From the NCBI RefSeq assembly GCF_000400465.1, contig NW_008806283.1, forward strand, positions 20,001 through 268,000: DNA of 248,000 bases, written 5' to 3'. Under the pieces are notes generated by a model. The model ran no database searches, was not told the origin of the DNA, and was given only the letters and a program-made list of their open reading frames with translations. Below are positions 88,410-102,050 of this stretch, one piece after another. The stretch is from Wallemia ichthyophaga EXF-994. Its lineage: Eukaryota > Fungi > Basidiomycota. How positions within the stretch are numbered: the first letter of the stretch is position 1; each line of letters opens with the position of its first letter. The position numbers were made by a program, and so were the translations under genes.

Positions 88410-91005
88410 ATGCAATTGGATGTAAAAGTGAGGCTATCGGAATACACAAGACACCCTTAACACCCCCTCACAGCGACAATTCTTTAATCGCAGTGAACGT
88501 GTCAAATCGGTCGATTTCCATCCAACAGAACCTTGGTTATTGGCTGGTTTGTATAATGGATCTGTTGTCATTTACAATACATCCACCAATAACCCTGTAA
88601 AATCATTCGAAGTCACCGATGTTCCCGTACGCTGCGTACGCTTCATCCCAAGAAAGAATTGGTTTGTTGCTGGCTCTGATGATTTCCAATTGAGGTTAGT
88701 GGCTAATTGTTATGATTCCCATCCTCTCACTCTCCCCCTTTAGATGCTTCAACTACAACACCTCGGACAAGATCTCTTCCTTTGAGGCTCACCCAGATTA
88801 TATCCGCGCTTTGGCTGTACACCCAACTCTCCCATACGTTATCACTGGTTCTGACGATATGTCCATCAAGCTCTGGAATTGGGAGAAGCAATGGCGCTGT
88901 CAGCACATCTTTGAAGGCCATACGCACTACATCATGAATATTGTCTTCAATCCAAAGGATACCAACACCTTCGCTTCTGCTTGCTTAGATAGGACTGTAA
89001 AAGTCTGGTCTTTGGGCGCTGTAAATGCCAATTTTACCTTAGAAGCACACGATAAGGGTGTAAATTATGTCGAGTACTATCACGGCAACGATAAACCCTA
89101 TATCGTTACTACCGGTGATGATAGACTTGTCAAGGTCTGGGATTACCACTCTAAATCTCTCGTTCAGTCTATGGAAGGTCACACTTCAAACGTCTCATTC
89201 GCCATATTCCACCCTTCCCTACCACTTATCATTTCTGGCGCTGAAGATGGCACTGTTAAGGTGTGGAACAGCAGCACTTACAGACTCGAGCAGACTTTGA
89301 ACTACGGTCTAGAGAGAGCTTGGTCGGTTGCTTATTCAAAGTCTATCAATGACGTCGCTGTCGGTTTTGATGAGGGTGCTGTAGTTTTCAAGGTGAGCAA
89401 CTGTGTTCTATAGGCACTCACACTCACACTCAACAGCTCGGTCGCGAAGATCCAACCTTCTCAATGGACTCCTCTGGTAAAGTCATCTACTCACGCAACA
89501 GTGAAATCTTCGGTGCAAATCTTCAAACACTCGACCAAGATGACCTCGTCGATGGCCAGCGTATACCATCTCAAGCTCGTGAACTCGGTAATACTGAGGT
89601 TTTCCCACAATCAATTCAACACTCACCCAACGGTCGCTTTGTGACGGTTTGTGGTGATGGCGAATACATCATCTACACTGCACTCGCATGGCGCAACAAA
89701 TCATTCGGTCTCGCTACATCCTTCGCTTGGGCTGGAGATAGCAACACGTACGCAGTACGCGAACCAAGTGGAAAGCTACGTGTTTTTAAGAATTTTAAAG
89801 AGAAGAATGCCCCTAAGGTAGCCAATAATACGGGTGGAATTACTAGTGTTTTTGGCGGTTCACTTCTTGGTATTGCCGGGAATGGTTGGATTATGTTCTG
89901 TGATTGGGAGAGTGGAGATATAGTAAGATGGATTGAAGTAGATGCCTCGCAAGTGAGCTGGTCACCTAATGGCGACTACGTTGCCATTATTTCCCCTGAC
90001 TCCGCCTACATGCTCCAATTTAACCGCGATGCATACGATCAACACGTTGCGAATGGTGCTGATTTCGGTGATGAGGGTGACGAAGAAGCATTCGAGGTTG
90101 TTTCAGAAATCAGCGACTCAATCAGTACTTGTAAATGGCTCGGTGATTGTCTCATCTACGTATCGACGTTAAACAGATTATGTTATGTGTTGGGTCATAA
90201 GTCCCAGCCACTCAATCACTTTGACGGGCCGCAGTATCTCCTCGGATACATTGGTACTCAGAACCGCATCTATGTGATGGACAAAGATCTTCAAATCAGG
90301 TCATACGCACTCGCGAAATCGCTCATTGAATATGAATCAGCTATCCTCAGCCAGGACTTTACCCTCGCAGAAAACATCCTTCCTAGGATACCAGCCGATC
90401 AGAAGAACAGGATAGCAAGATTTTTGGAAGACGAGGGATTGAAAGAGTTAGCGATGAGCGTGGCAACAGACCCAGACCAGAAATTTGACCTAGCAGTAGA
90501 ACTCGGCAAGCTCGACGAAGGCAATGCGCTAGCTAGTCAGTCAGTGTCTGCAGATTCGCAGAACAAGTGGCGCACATTGGGCGACAAGGCACTCGAGAAA
90601 TGGGATATCAGTCTATCTGTGGAGTGTTACAAAAAGGCAAGCGACCTCGAAGCGTTGCTATTAGTATATACAAGCAGTGGCGATAAGGGCGGTATGCAGG
90701 AACTAGCAGAATTGGCGATACAAGCCGGACAGAATAACATCGCATTCGCCGCACTCTTACAACTGGGACAGCCGGGCGAGTGTGTTGATTGCCTCCTGCG
90801 TAATCAACGTTACGCAGAGGCTGGACTATTCGCTAGTACGTATTGCCGAGACAAGATTCAAGAGTGTACAGCAGCGTGGAAGAGCAGCTTGTTGGGGGAG
90901 AAGAAGGATAAGATTGCAAAATCTATCGGTGATCCTGAAAACCAGCCTGAATTGTTCAGCAATAGCAATAGCAATAGCCATAATAATCTGATCGATGTTG
91001 AGTAG
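88410..91005 (+). CDS. SEC27: Coatomer beta-prime subunit
   Basis: [33 protein letters not shown]. Confidence 0.95.
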
Positions 91006-91586
91006 ATGTAAAATGAATTTTGTCTCTTTTAAGTAATTTAGCTCTTTTAATGACCGCATCGGAATAAAGATCGGCAATTAGATAAATTACGCAAATGTCT
91101 TAATTTAATTCGCCGGAAGTGCTCTTAATTAGGTGGGCGTGCAAAATTTTCACAGGTGCACAGAAGGACCTAAGAAGTCCGCCTGGACGTAGAATGCAAT
91201 TGAAAAAGCACACTACTATATTCGGTTGCAATTTCCGATGACACTTACTATATTTAGCATGCATTCTTCACACTGGGTTGTGATATCATCACATCGCCGT
91301 TCTTCGTCCTTCGTTCTGGATTGGCATGTATTGAGAATGAGTTGAGTCAACCGATAGCCGCTTACAATCCTAACAACAACCAACAGCCGCTAAAGGAGGA
91401 GCAACAGACAAAGAAAGCCACTCGATGAAATCTGATAATAAATCGCAGACGCAGAGCAATAAGGTTTGTGGAGGTATTTGATCGGTGTGAACTGCTGCTA
91501 ATAACGCCTACAGTCTAGTACTTCTGTACAGGCTAACAACCGCAACGATATCGCGATACAAACGTCACCAGCACTCTACGACAACA

Positions 91587-93289
91587 GTGATGGCCTTCTC
91601 GGTCCGTCGAGCACGTCGCTCCATCAGCAACACCAGCCACATCAGGGCGTATATCTCAATCGCAGCAACTCTCACGCAGACGGCCGCTCGCGCTCTGTAT
91701 CCTTCGCCAGCACAGCGGCACCATCGCGTGTTTCACCAAATGATCCCTATGCCGCGTTTAGATCAAAGTCTACAATATCCTTAGCGCTGCCTACGGGTGA
91801 TGCTATCGAGGTCGAGGATGAGCCTGACCAGCTCCCAGAGCACAAGGAGAGTCGCGAGAAGACGCCGTCTCCCCAGCAGCCATCGACGCGGATACAGATA
91901 TTTAAGAGGATGTGCATCATCAATCTTGTGGCTTTCTCTTTCGGTATCGATGCCACGCTTTGGCTGCCAAGTGTCTACAGCTTCATTCTCACAGTGCGTC
92001 CGAACGACGCGGACAAATATCTCGCTGTGACACAGGCTGTCAGCGCACTCGCGCAGCTCATAGTCTCCCTCAGCATCGGTGTCTTTGCAGCAAAAGTGCG
92101 CTCGCTGAAATGGACCATCGTCGTCTGTATCTCGCTATCGTTCGCTGGTAACTTCCTCTATTCGTGCGCAGGTGTCGGTGCGATTGGCAATGTAGGGGCG
92201 ATTATAGGCGGTAGGATTCTCTGCGGTGTGGCTTCCGGCAGCTCTGGTCTCGCGATGGGTTTTATCGCCATTTCCACAGCCAACGTCGATAGACTGGAGG
92301 CGCTTTCGCAGTACAGAACGTATGCGGGTATAGCGCTAGTGCTCGGTCCTGCTCTCAACGCCCTCTTCGGTCTGATCGATGTCCAGATTGGGAACTACCA
92401 GGTCAACGAGAACAACGCACCGACATACTGTTCTTCGTTTATCATGGCCTTTCTCTCAATCCTACTCGCAGTCTTCCTCAGCAACAAGACTAAACCAGCT
92501 CCGAACCCGATCTTACCTGCTATCGAGTTCTTCAGGAGAGGCCACTACGGACCATCGCTGATCATCCTCTGTTCCATGCTCAGCAGCTCTTATGTCTCCG
92601 CTCTCATCCTTTACGTACTCCCAGACCGTCTCAGCAGTTTCTGGGGCTTCAGCACGGGTGTGCAGGCTGGATTGCAAACAGCAGTCTATGCAGCAGGCTT
92701 AATTGGTAGTCTGCTCAGCTCGTACATTCGTGACGGACTAGGACGACTTGTCCTCAAGATCACCTCATGGAAGGTGGGCGTCGATCGAGTAACGCTTCTC
92801 GAGCGCGCCAAGACAGACGGCGGCGTGAGCGCCGGTGCGCCTCTCTATACGGGTATTGGACTGGAGATTCTACTTGGTATTGTATCCTTCATGTGGGTCA
92901 GTCTAGGGTTAATAGCGATGATGATCTCGTTCGGATGCGATTTCGCTTATGACAGCTCACAAGCGGGCACTGCAGCAGGATTTCTTATCGGATGTGCTAT
93001 CGTTATGGTTGGATATAACATCCAAGCAGCCGTCCTGCCCACTCTGTTCTCCAAATCACTGCCAAATGACCTCAGAGTCAGTCTCACCCCATGGTACGGC
93101 GCTACGGTGGCCATGGGCAAGATTCTCGCACCGCTTATCACGGAGGCTATCACTGGTGCTACACCTACTGGCGGTCGCACGGGTGGGAACCAGCTCGGCG
93201 GATATGCGTTGGCACTGGGCGTTAGCGCTATAGGTGTAGTAACTACCTATTGGGTGAAATATCACCTGTCGCATGCTACAGCGTCGTAA
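91587..93289 (+). CDS. MFS transporter
   Basis: About 12 TM helices; IIGGRILCGVASG. Confidence 0.7.
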
Positions 93290-93469
93290 TCTGGTGTGGC
93301 TTACATTTTCATACATGCATACACACACTCACGCTTACACCCATATTCAACTCTCACACCCCCTTGACATACGGATATACACAGCAGACAGCAGACAGCA
93401 CACAGCACGCGTAATTTATTACATATTTTTTACTCGGATAGAAAATAATAACACATTTCCATCTTCATA

Positions 93470-95703
93470 ATGCATTTCCCATTTTCTGTTTTCATCGAAT
93501 TTTCATTTTCGCTTATCTTATCGGCGTCGCTTACGTCATTACAACCATCAAAAGACATTAAAGGAGATATGTTGAGCTGTATATTTGGCAGAAACCACAG
93601 CAGAACGGGCTTTACACCGCCCATTGAACACTTGCCCACGTTGGAGATCAAGGAGCCGCTGCAGACATCCCGCACAGAGCTCGATGAGAGACTTGCGGAT
93701 TTGAGGGAGCTGCTTATAGACAGCAAGCTGGACTACTACCTTATTCCCACCACTGATGCCCATGCTTCAGAGGAGGTAGCGGCTGCCGATGCCCGACTAA
93801 GCTTTGTATCTGGGTAAATCAACGGTTTACAAGACGCGAGCTATCCCTGACGCTCCCATAGCTTCACCGGCAGCTCTGGAATTGCGATAGTGGGTCAGCA
93901 CGCTGCACACCTATGGACCGACTCGCGCTACTTCATACAAGCAGAACGCCAACTCAGCGACGCGTGGACGCTGCACAAGGACGGGCTTCCTGGAGTTCCT
94001 ACGTGGCTTGAGTGGCTCAAGGGACTGTGCTGCTGCAGAATCGGTGTCGATCCGAAGCTGGTCGCATACACACAAGCACAGGCCATAGGTGACAACCTAC
94101 GTGAGTCAGACTGTGTGCTAGTCCATACGCACAACCTCGTCGACCGCATCTGGTACGACAGACCGCATCTGCCACTCAAGCCGCTTTTCGAGCTGAGAGT
94201 GCAGTTCGCGGGAGTTCATGCATCGCAGAAGCTGCACAGCGTCGATGCATATCTGGGTAGCAAGCGCGCACTCATCGCTACCGCTCTCGACGATGTGGCC
94301 TGGACGCTTAATCTGAGGTGGGAGGGTGTGTGCTGGGTGACACACTAGCTAATCCGAATACAACTTCACTTGCAGATGCCACGGGAGCGTTCCTTTCAGC
94401 CCCGTATTCTACTCCTATCTCTTTCTCTCGCAGGCTAAGAAGATATTGTTCGTGCACAAGCAGCAGCTCACTAAGGACGTCAGCGCATACCTGCACGAGC
94501 TGGGCGTCGAGGTTGACGATTACGACGCTGTGGACAGCAGGCTGAAAGAGGTGTCAGAGGGGTTCACTACGGTGCTCGCATCCCAGTCTGTCTCCTATGC
94601 CGTAGCAGCCGACTGCACATTCGAACGCATCAGGACTACCACCTCGCCTATCACGCTGTGGAAAGCTGTGAAGAATGAAACGGAGCTGCAGGGAGCTCGC
94701 GAAGCATACAAGCGAGATGGACTAGCTTTTGTCCGTTTCCTCGCATGGCTCGATGGACAGGTCAGAGCGGGAAACCCCAACCTCACCGAGTGGACAGTCA
94801 GTGGCAAGTTTGACGAGTTCAGGAAGGCGTTGCCCCTGTTCAAGGGTCTGGCGTACGAGAACATCTCTGCAACAGGCGCCAATGCAGCTCTGCCTCACTA
94901 CGCAGCTGGTCCTGATGCTCCCAAACTCGATCTGAGCACGCCTTACTTGAAGTAAGGAGACTCTTTGCAATGCATACGCAGCTTTGTTCGCTTTGCTCAC
95001 ACACCTCAGTGACTCTGGCGGACAGTATCTTGATGGGACTTGCGATACTACGCGCACTGTCCACCTGGGCACCCCGACAGCTGAGCAGAAGGTAGCGTTC
95101 ACGCGTGTCCTCCAGGGACACATCGCCATAGACTCGCTCGTCTTCCCTGAAGGCACGACTGGTGGCCATATCGACGTGCTCGCGAGACGTCCACTGTGGC
95201 GTGAAAACCTCGACTATGGCCATGGCACTGGGTGTGTGGGGCTTTTTTTTTTGTGGTTGCACCTGCTCACAACTCAATACAGACACGGCATAGGCTCGTA
95301 TTTGAACGTACACGAGGGACCACATGGGATTAATAAGGGTGTGACATTCGCTGAGCACCCACTGCGTATCGGTTGCATCAACTCGAATGAGCCTGGATAT
95401 TGTGAGACGTGAATTTTTTATCGATAGTATAACCACTCACGAGAGCTATCTACAGACGCCGAGAACAGATTCGGAATGCGCATCGAGTCTGTCGTCGCAG
95501 TTCAGGCGGCTGAACAAGAAGGTTGGCTGAAATACGACCGCTTGACTCAGGTTCCGATCGACAAACGTCTCGTCGACTTTGGGTTGCTGGACAAGTCAGA
95601 GAGGAATTGGCTCGAAGCGCACAACCAAGATGTCAAGAGAATGCTGTTGCCAATGCTAGATAAGTCTGAGACACTCGCGAAAGAGTGGTTGGAGAGGGTG
95701 TAA
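93470..95703 (+). CDS. Xaa-Pro aminopeptidase P (M24B), multi-exon
   Basis: [37 protein letters not shown]. Confidence 0.9.
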
Positions 95704-95799
95704 TGACATGATGAATCAAGTGTACATGCTATGCTACAATAACAATCTTTGCTTTCACAAACTCGCTTTCGCACCGCTTGCCATAGTCACGCGCTCAAT

Positions 95800-96742
95800 T
95801 TCGGGTATCTGATCAGGCGCATCGATGCGAAAATGCGGGATAGTGTCGAATGCTATAGAGGCCACACGAATCATAACACGTCTGCAAGGTCAGTCTGTGA
95901 GTAGATGAATCAGGCACACACGTAACCCACGCTGTGAATCCCAGTATCGGCTTGACGCCATTTCGACCAGTTTCGAAGACGTGTTTGCGGAGGTGGTGAG
96001 AAGGTGCGACTGGGTCTATGTCGTCGAAGTGCTGCGTGCGAGAGCGGGAGTGTGAGTGTTAGTGGTGATGTGAGGACTACAACCCACCCAGTGATAGATA
96101 TCGTCCGGGCTCTCGAGGTGCTTCAGCCGTAGGAGAAGGCTGTCTGCTTTGTGACAAAGGAAAGATTGGAGGGGATGAGAGAACAGCCTCTGCACTGTAA
96201 TGTGATCAGTGGAGTATCACCAACATAGGCACACACCCTCATCCTCATTCAACATCGGCACCAACGCCCTATCGGTAATGAGACATACTACCGGCCACAC
96301 TGTCAGCGCCGACGCGTTCGAGTATGCGAGGTGGGGCGGGAGCGTGGCCACATAGCGCACGCGCTGCAAATCACTACGCGGCAAACCTACCTCCTCTTCC
96401 GCTTCACGACGAGCTGTGTCCTCTGGAAAAATATCTTGCTCGTCGCGCTTGCCGCCTATTAGACAGGTATCGGATGGATATGCGCTGAGTAGCGGGCTCC
96501 GTTGGGATAACAAGACGTGGAGATCAGAGAGACGCCCTACAAATATCGCTACCATTACAGCCGCATGCTTGCCCGTGGATGACGAGGGATAGCGCGTGCG
96601 CGGGATGGATGCTTCCGATAGTCGCTGCAAGTAGCTGCATCCCTGAGCGGAGGCAGAGATAACACAATAACACCCACGCCTTCGAATTTTCATTCAGTCC
96701 GGCCACGTCGTCCAGTTTGAGAGAATGTGCGTGTGAGGTCAT
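95800..96742 (-). CDS. Nudix hydrolase, Pcd1/NUDT7-like
   Basis: HAAVMV, GGKRD...TARREAEEEVGL Nudix box. Confidence 0.75.
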
Positions 96743-96847
96743 CGACGTTCTTATCAGGGATGGTGCACATTTTAATCGTCATCGTTATTCTTACAATACA
96801 TCAAAACATAAAGAATAAGAAAAAAACATTTACAAATCCTACTGCAG

Positions 96848-97831
96848 TCACGCAACAAAAACAGCAGGATCGACGCGTGCATCCTCAACGCATCTGTCGA
96901 AATACCGTTTCCTCAACTCTGCATCCTCAGCCTGTTTTACCAGCTCAATCTGTGCATACTCATTCCAGTAAGCGCCTCCAGGTAAATTTTCTTTCGGTTC
97001 ACTTGCAAGATGCAAACCCGGCGCAGCGCCTTCTGCTGGCGTTCTTCCAAAATAGCTCATAATGTAAGTAAAGGGGTAGGTAATGAGCCAAGAGACCCCA
97101 TAGTGCGCCTTATCGGTGATGGTAGTGTTGACCGCGCCTGGATGGTATACCCCGACCCAAATGTGCTTGTCAGCAAGGCGCTGCTGCAGTTCTTTTACTA
97201 CCACGTTCAACAGCAGTTTCGAGTCGGCGTAAATGGCGAAAGCGTTGATAACATAGCCATAAACGTTCCAGCTGTCCCTAAGCGGAGTCCTCTTGTTTGG
97301 AGGTGGGCGACTGGGCAGTGAGGTGAACATATATGCACCAGAGCCAGTAAAAATGATACGCGAGTCTGTTGAGTTAAGACAAGGCAAGAGGTGGCTAATC
97401 AAGGCAAGATGACCGATCACATTACATGCATACGTCATCTCAAGCCCGTCTGCACTGCTGCTCGAGGCCGTGTTGGGCGATATGAGACCTGCGTTCAAGA
97501 ACAGCGTGTCGATTGTGCGCGCGTCTTCTGCCTGCTCAGTCCAGCGCTGGCCGAAAGAACGGACTGAGTTGAGAGAAGAGAGGTCGATTTGCCACAAGTC
97601 AACAACCAAGTCGGGGCACCTTTCTTTTATCTCAGAGCGTGCCGCTTCTCCTTTGTCCATCGAGCGGCAGCCCATCACAAGCCTCTTGACGCCACTTTGG
97701 GCGACGTGGTCACACATAGCCAATCCGATCCCAGCATTCGCGCCAATGCAGATTATCGTCTTTCCTCGAAAGGCGTTGCTGTTGATGTTGTTGATTTTCT
97801 TGTTACTATCCTTTTCGAATGCACTAAACAT
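96848..97831 (-). CDS. Short-chain dehydrogenase (RDH/WWOX-like)
   Basis: IGANAGIG, LFLNAG, YADSK, HPGAVNT. Confidence 0.85.
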   Translation of the reverse strand: MFSAFEKDSNKKINNINSNAFRGKTIICIGANAGIGLAMCDHVAQSGVKRLVMGCRSMDKGEAARSEIKERCPDLVVDLWQIDLSSLNSVRSFGQRWTEQAEDARTIDTLFLNAGLISPNTASSSSADGLEMTYACNVIGHLALISHLLPCLNSTDSRIIFTGSGAYMFTSLPSRPPPNKRTPLRDSWNVYGYVINAFAIYADSKLLLNVVVKELQQRLADKHIWVGVYHPGAVNTTITDKAHYGVSWLITYPFTYIMSYFGRTPAEGAAPGLHLASEPKENLPGGAYWNEYAQIELVKQAEDAELRKRYFDRCVEDARVDPAVFVA

Positions 97832-97989
97832 GGTGGTAATACTGATAGCGATGGATTGCTGACTTGAGATTACTTGGAGAAAAATTGAGTCAATTAATGG
97901 ATGCAATTGAGCATTTCGTACATATTCATGAACCTTTTCTGTTGTCATCTTAATCCCATGATTACCGAAACCAAGACCGGCCATAACGC

Positions 97990-98720
97990 AGCCGATTCGT
98001 TTATTAACAATTTGATTAAAATAACAGCATCATCGTTCTCAAAATCACTCAAGCATTTCAAATACATCTCCATATATATCCTCCGCTCAATATCCATCGA
98101 GTATGATTTCTCGATTACCACCTATCTCATGTCAGACGGTGGATTTACGAGTTTTGATGATCTCTGAATAAAGCGCTTAACATATAGCCCTGAATTTTTT
98201 CTACATTTAAGTCACCAGAACTATGTTCCTGAGACTCCAGTTGTGCCCTAGAGGCTGCTCGGAAGTTGAAATCCGGCATCGCTCTGGAGCACGCTTCAGG
98301 ATAGACATGCGGAGTTTTTCGCGATTTATCGATAGACATGATTCTTTATAGCTGGTAGTGATCGCAAGAACCTAGTAATTCAAGTATTCACTCTTCTAGA
98401 CGCGATTTACGGGTTTCGACAAGTGGCGTCCACACGACTCAACTCTGGCTCCAGGGAAGTAATATTGTCATTCATGACTTTTCAACGACTATTGAATACA
98501 ATTTATCCAAAGAAAGTAGGGGTCAGCTAAACTCTAAAATCGGGGGTTTGGATTAACCCAGTGCATTTCGAGACTTCAAAAGAATGGATGTGATGGCGGT
98601 TAAGGCTGTACTGGAATCTTATATTGCAGGAATGTATAGAGATGCATTCGAAATCACCCTGAGACCTACCACATCTAGCTGGACTAGTGCAGAGCACATC
98701 ACCACGCTATCAATGACATT
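97990..98720 (+). pseudogene. Best-preserved copy of dispersed decayed-gene family
   Basis: One frame with scattered stops: HQNYVPETPVVP*RLLGS*NPASLWSTL...KSGVWINPVHFETSKEW. Confidence 0.65.
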
Positions 98721-99389
98721 AACACTCTCGAATTGATCCAAAGAGCAATTCCTATAGAATGATACCCATGTTGCTCAAGTTTGAAGTCATTAAGGTGCTA
98801 TGACAAAAACGTCATTGAACTCGTGTGTGCATTCCTTGGGCGTAATGCGTCAATAACAACTAAGAGATATCGGTAATAATGATTGAATATTATTCGAGAT
98901 TTAAAATAGTTGGAGAGAGCTTTGAGGGCTTTGGCACACTCGTGAGCGCACCTACTTGGCCCAGTGGTCTCTTTCTATTCGTGACACAAGACGTGGGGCA
99001 AAATGATTCTTAAACGGCAATATAACATATCTTATATCGATCTTATATCAATACTAGGGCTTCCAAGGGTGATAATTCTGCAATTGAGAAATTTTACTCA
99101 ACCAGCACATAAGTTATGTTCACAAGGACTTGCGACAGTTTTATCAAGTTTAAAGCGTTGAAATAGTTCGAATTGACTTACAGCATTTTAATTGCCAAAA
99201 AATATCCGCTGTATGTATGATGATGATGAAATCTGAATTCATTGCTAAGACCATACATGCTTAAAATTGCGTTAACCAATACTCATTGAAGCATGAGGAG
99301 TCAAAAATTCAGCTTGAGGCTGAGATATTAGATATTTAAGGTTCATTGTGAGCGGTATATAACTGCTTCCAGGACAACCGAAGCCATCT

Positions 99390-99470
99390 GGTTTTGTAGT
99401 GTAGCGGTTATCACCGTGGATTTTGACGCAAAGACTTCCATTAACCCCGGTTCGAATCCGGGCAAGACCT
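99390..99470 (+). tRNA. tRNA-Gln(UUG) with an intron of about 10 nt
   Basis: GGTTTTG/CAAGACC acceptor stem; anticodon stem GTGGA/TCCAT; GGTTCGAATCC T-loop. Confidence 0.9.
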
Positions 99471-99743
99471 TTTGTATTTTGCCTCACTAAATTTTGCCCC
99501 ATTTTTCCTTACATCTAGATCCTTTTAGGAGATTTACGAGCTCAAGAGATGATTCCATAAAGTTGATGAATAGATGTCTGCAGATGAAGAAGACAAAGAC
99601 AAAGCGACAGGCGAGTTTGAGGGGAATGGGGAGAAGAAGAGCAAGAAATTTGAAAAAGTGAAAGGGAGTGTAAACATGATTAAGAAAAAGGATAAAAAGG
99701 GATAAATGACGGATAAAAGCACGACGCGGGATGAAGAGGTACA

Positions 99744-100169
99744 ATGAGAATAACCAATTTGATAGGAATATTGATGGTTTGGATTGGAATGGTATTAGGA
99801 GATACGGAAGTGATGAATTTAAGGTTTAAAGAGGGTGGTAGAGTGGGTGGAGTGGTGTTAACTGAGGATATCCATTACCCGATAGAAGTACAAGCAGAGG
99901 GGAAGAAGTGTGAGACTTATCAATTAAAAGGGTTCACAGAGGGAGAATTATTGAGAGTGAGAATGAGTTGGATTGGAAGTGTTCCAGTTAATATCATTGG
100001 GAGAGTATTAAATGGTGGATTCGATATTTGTTACAATACTAATGAATCAACGACAATACACTTGACAGTAGAGAACGCAATTTACAACAAATTTAATTTT
100101 ACAATTATTTCAATCTTATCTGCATTCGTCATCGTATTCTCGACTCAAAATGGGCAATTCAACTTCTAA
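99744..100169 (+). CDS. Hypothetical signal-peptide protein
   Basis: Hydrophobic N-terminus and C-terminal TM-like segment. Confidence 0.4.
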   Translation: MRITNLIGILMVWIGMVLGDTEVMNLRFKEGGRVGGVVLTEDIHYPIEVQAEGKKCETYQLKGFTEGELLRVRMSWIGSVPVNIIGRVLNGGFDICYNTNESTTIHLTVENAIYNKFNFTIISILSAFVIVFSTQNGQFNF

Positions 100170-100662
100170 AGCGGTGAGAAGACTCCCAAAAACTCAATCA
100201 AAACAAGTACCGAAGGCAACTGAATCTTTAGATAGATTGAAGAATCCTAGCACTTCACATGATGAGCCACACACAAAACCAAATGCAGCCATGAAAGATG
100301 GCCAAGATCCAGATTTTATGAATAATTTGTCAAAAATTGATCCAGTTAAGATTGAGAAAGCTCAAACAAATTTTAGACCTTCAGATAAGATGATCAACAT
100401 TTTGAGAGGCAGGAAGGTGGAGAGCGAGGTGGATAACGCAGCAATGGCGTATAATAGGCTATCTCCTCAGTCTTTGTTGGTTTACTTGGAGGAGCGTAAG
100501 AATGGCGGTGATGTTGGGCAGCTTAATAGATCATTCAACGTTAACGACAGTGACGCTGAAATCATTGAGAAATACACAGCAGCACCAACAACAGGCACTC
100601 CGTTTACAGTCAAAGTCGATGAAAATTCTGGTGAAATCCAAAGAGTCATCGTATCTTTGTAA
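100150..100662 (+). CDS. Hypothetical protein
   Basis: 170 aa ORF; MGNxxSK N-terminus. Confidence 0.5.
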   Translation: MGNSTSKAVRRLPKTQSKQVPKATESLDRLKNPSTSHDEPHTKPNAAMKDGQDPDFMNNLSKIDPVKIEKAQTNFRPSDKMINILRGRKVESEVDNAAMAYNRLSPQSLLVYLEERKNGGDVGQLNRSFNVNDSDAEIIEKYTAAPTTGTPFTVKVDENSGEIQRVIVSL

Positions 100663-100857
100663 TCTCTTTGCCCAGATTTAATTAGTTACGCACGCACAGA
100701 TACACGTTCAGCCAAACAGAGACAGCTACAGCCTTGTATAATTATATTTGAATTTTATTTTATTTGAGTATTCCGCGCAGTCTCGATCAAATCGATCGAA
100801 GCGCTTTTAATAGAATCCCGCTTCAGCCACCATTCCTCTTAATCCACAACTTCCATT

Positions 100858-102050
100858 ATGGTCCTCCTTAAAACAGCAACAACGCTGCTCGCTGCAACAG
100901 CCGCTTACGCTTGGAACCACACGGCATCTGATGTTATCGCCACAGGAAGTTAGTCCCGCTTCTGTACCACTTGTGACACATCCTTACATGTCAAACAGCA
101001 ATGGGTACCACCAACCCTCCAGAGGCAACGATGGGCACAGAACTTAACCAAACCTCGGTAGCCCGTCTTGTCTCCATTAACTCCATCGACGATTTCTGTT
101101 TCTTCGGTCCAAAAGAGGCAAATGTAACCATCGGTGACACTGAAGGTGAACAAGTCGCCTGGTGTACTAAGCCACGTAACAACGCACGTGTTATCCCAGA
101201 TGGCACTATTACCTCTACGCACTTTGTTAAGACCCCCGCTTACGTCCAAGTTTCTGGGTGAGTTGTGGTGTCTCGGTAAGTAATTTTGCTAAAACAACTT
101301 AGTTTCGGTGATTTGACAAAGATCGGTGTTAAAGACGGTGACTACGGTGGTGAGCTTGACCCACACGGTGCTACTGGCGATGGTAACCCAGTTGGTGGTA
101401 ACGTTACTTCGGACATTGTCAACGGTACCTCTACTTCTTACGCTGAGTGGATGGAATTCATCTCATACGAGCAATTCTGTATCAGAATTTGTACAGCAAG
101501 CAACGACACTTGGGGTGCTCCAGTCATGTGCGAGCACAAATTAGATGAAATGGGTTGCGGTTTCGTTATGCCAGATGCAGGTGACAGTGATGTCTTTGAG
101601 ACCTGTGATGCTGACGTTGCTTACCCACCTGGTGTTTACCCTATAGATGGCTCTTACTCCACTTTCGCTCAAAGATACACTGGTAGCTACTCCTCAGGTA
101701 CCACTGGTGCCATGGTCGGATACACTGTCGGTGTTACTGACACTCCAACCGCCGCACAAATGACCCCATCCTCATCCAACTGTGTCACTCAATCATCCCT
101801 TGCTGGCAACAACGTCGATGTCTCAGCTACTGGCGTCATTGAAGATAACAGAGACGACGATTCGGACTCAAACAGTGACCCTGACAGCAATAAATCCGAC
101901 AAAAGCAACCCTGACGGCAACGATGGTGGCTCCACCGGCAGCGGCCAAACCAGCGCCAACGCTGGCGACGGCGATTCTAGCGCTACCACCTTCACTGGTT
102001 TCGCCACCGTCTCAGCTATCGCTTTGGCTGTGCTCGCAATTGCCCTCTAA
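100858..102050 (+). CDS. GPI-anchored mannoprotein (MP88/macrophage-activating-glycoprotein-like)
   Basis: Signal peptide, INSIDDFCFFGP, ELDPHG, S/D-rich spacer, hydrophobic GPI tail. Confidence 0.7.
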
